Origin: an uncultured Chloroflexia bacterium
GTDB lineage: Bacteria; Chloroflexota; Anaerolineae; JAAYZQ01
Direction of reading: 5' to 3'
NCBI GenBank assembly: GCA_963700285.1
Contig: CAVOXA010000010.1
Span: 256,001 to 320,000, forward strand
DNA length: 64,000 bases
The notes beneath the pieces were generated by a model. The model ran no database searches. It saw only the letters and a list, made by a program, of their open reading frames with translations, and was not told where the DNA came from. Made by a program: the position numbers and the translations under genes. Below, one piece after another: positions 62,507 to 64,000 of this stretch. Within the stretch, counting starts at the first letter, position 1, and every line of letters starts with the position of its first letter.

Positions 62507-63328
62507 TCAGCGCTGAATTCCCTGGCCATAGTCGCTGGTGCTATCCAAGACGGACATCGTCTCATGGATAGCTCGCGCAGTGTCGATGACAAACCGCTCC
62601 TGCTCCGGTGGCTCGCACAGCGCAAACTTTGTCATGACGGCCAGGGCGTAGGGCCGTCGTGGCAGGTAGACGATCCCGGCGTCGCAGCGCACGCGTTCCA
62701 TACCGCCGGGTTTGTTAGCCAGCGGCACCGTCGCCGGAAGAGCACGGTTGAAGAGCGGAGCGCCCTTTTGCTTCTTTAGGATGGACAGACAGCGTTCCGC
62801 CACGCCCGGGCTGGGCTCTCCCCGGTACAGCAGATCCAACATCTCCACGAGGTCGGCCGGGGTGGCCGTGTTCTCCAGATTGCGGGCCACCGCGTCCTGA
62901 TCCTGCATTTTGCGCCGCAGGGTGGTGCGCGCCAGTCCCATTTCCCGAATCAGGGCATTGGTCGCCTCCATGCCAGCCAGGTCGATGCACAGGTTCGTGG
63001 CCGTATTGTCCGAGACGATGATCATCAGGATGGCTATGTTCAGCCAGCTTAGCTCGACCTCGCCCTCCAGGTAGGTAAGCACACCGCTGCCGGGGACGTC
63101 CAGATCCGGCGTCAGGCGTAGCACCTCGTCCAGGTCAATCTCTCCCCGCTCGGCGCGGAGCAGGAGCTGGGTCAGGACGTGGATCTTGATGGTGGAGGCT
63201 GTGGGAAACTCTTCGTCGCCGCGGATAGAAAAGCCGCCACCGCGGCTCAAGTCCTTGACACAGACGCCGGCCACGCCGGGGAACTCGTCCACCCTATGCG
63301 CGATCTCGCGTTCCAGTCGTTGCCACAA
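62507..63328 (-). CDS. Class A beta-lactamase-like serine hydrolase (no signal peptide)
   Basis: ASTIK (SxxK), SDNTATN and NKPG motifs. Confidence 0.88.
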   Translation of the reverse strand: MWQRLEREIAHRVDEFPGVAGVCVKDLSRGGGFSIRGDEEFPTASTIKIHVLTQLLLRAERGEIDLDEVLRLTPDLDVPGSGVLTYLEGEVELSWLNIAILMIIVSDNTATNLCIDLAGMEATNALIREMGLARTTLRRKMQDQDAVARNLENTATPADLVEMLDLLYRGEPSPGVAERCLSILKKQKGAPLFNRALPATVPLANKPGGMERVRCDAGIVYLPRRPYALAVMTKFALCEPPEQERFVIDTARAIHETMSVLDSTSDYGQGIQR

Positions 63329-63369
63329 TGCGCGACATCGCTCATATCCAATCCCTCCCTCTCAGATTC

Positions 63370-64000
63370 CTACTCGGACTCTCGCCCATACTCTTCCATG
63401 ATGGTCGCCGCATACTTGCAGCCGCGGATATAGTCGAAAATGGCAATGTTTTCGTCCGGCGCGTGCAGGTTGGCTTTGATGGGCCCAAAACCGGTGAGCA
63501 CGGTCGGCATCGGTACGTGACTGATGATGGTACCTTCGGCTGTCACGCCTTGCACGAACGGAACCTGGCCAAAGACACGCTCAGCAGCACGGATGATTGC
63601 CCGGGCGATGGCGGCATTCATCGGCGTGCGCCACGGATGACGGCGGGCCGTGATCACGTGGACCTCGACATCGTCAAAACCACCCGCTGCCAGGTGGGCC
63701 TTGAGTTTTTCCAACTGTACCAAGGGATCCAGGTAAGGCGGGCAACGAAAGTCGAGCTTGCACACGGCCGAAGGCGGGACGGCCGTCTTGGCGCCAGGGC
63801 CGGTATAGCCAGCCTCCAGGCCACAGATGGTGCAGGTCGCGCCAAAGGATCGTTCCACGAGCAGATCCAGGGGCGATTTGCCGGGCGGCAGGGAAGAGAC
63901 GCCCAGGACGGCCATTTTCTGATCCACGTCAAAATCAGCCAGCGCCCTCTCCAGCCAGGCAATGTCCTCCTCGGTGGGTTCGTCCCAGTCATCGTACCAG
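63370..64000 (-). CDS. M20 metallopeptidase, C-terminal part
   Basis: GYTGPG.KT, KLDFR and LHAPDE motifs; continues past the window end. Confidence 0.88.
   Translation of the reverse strand, partial: WYDDWDEPTEEDIAWLERALADFDVDQKMAVLGVSSLPPGKSPLDLLVERSFGATCTICGLEAGYTGPGAKTAVPPSAVCKLDFRCPPYLDPLVQLEKLKAHLAAGGFDDVEVHVITARRHPWRTPMNAAIARAIIRAAERVFGQVPFVQGVTAEGTIISHVPMPTVLTGFGPIKANLHAPDENIAIFDYIRGCKYAATIMEEYGRESE

Overview
GC-rich bacterial DNA that looks like Chloroflexota/Anaerolineae, judged from the REP-like intergenic palindromes, Pro/Thr-rich linkers and an SBP with VIKETVIVE repeats; this assignment is an inference. There are three zones. (1) 1-7.3 kb: a frameshifted tex, then a minus-strand nuclease-rich islet (DUF559 fusion, DUF429, 5'-truncated HerA-like ATPase, SEC-C remnant, wHTH-PD-(D/E)XK protein, Phd/VapC TA) with diverged ~105-bp direct repeats and a LexA-box promoter. 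(2) 7.4-18.5 kb: housekeeping-type genes (S9 peptidase, MoxR, PP2C, TolB-like, Na+-decarboxylase gamma/biotin/beta, HNH, tRNA-Ile2 and tRNA-Gln). (3) 18.7 kb to the window end: a very large C-N hydrolase/catabolic island with two GntR regulators, a peptide ABC transporter, a hydantoin racemase/hydantoinase/carbamoylase triad and a >30-kb minus-strand gene run. Three observations stand out. A translationally coupled PLP aminotransferase pair has complementary active-site losses, which predicts a heterodimer. A tandem, similarly complementary DUF4438 pair lies directly upstream of it. A DsbA-like selenoprotein (in-frame UGA plus SECIS-like hairpin) is truncated by the ORF track. Clustered frameshifts are probably sequencing errors. 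All family calls come from motif recognition by eye; no searches were run.
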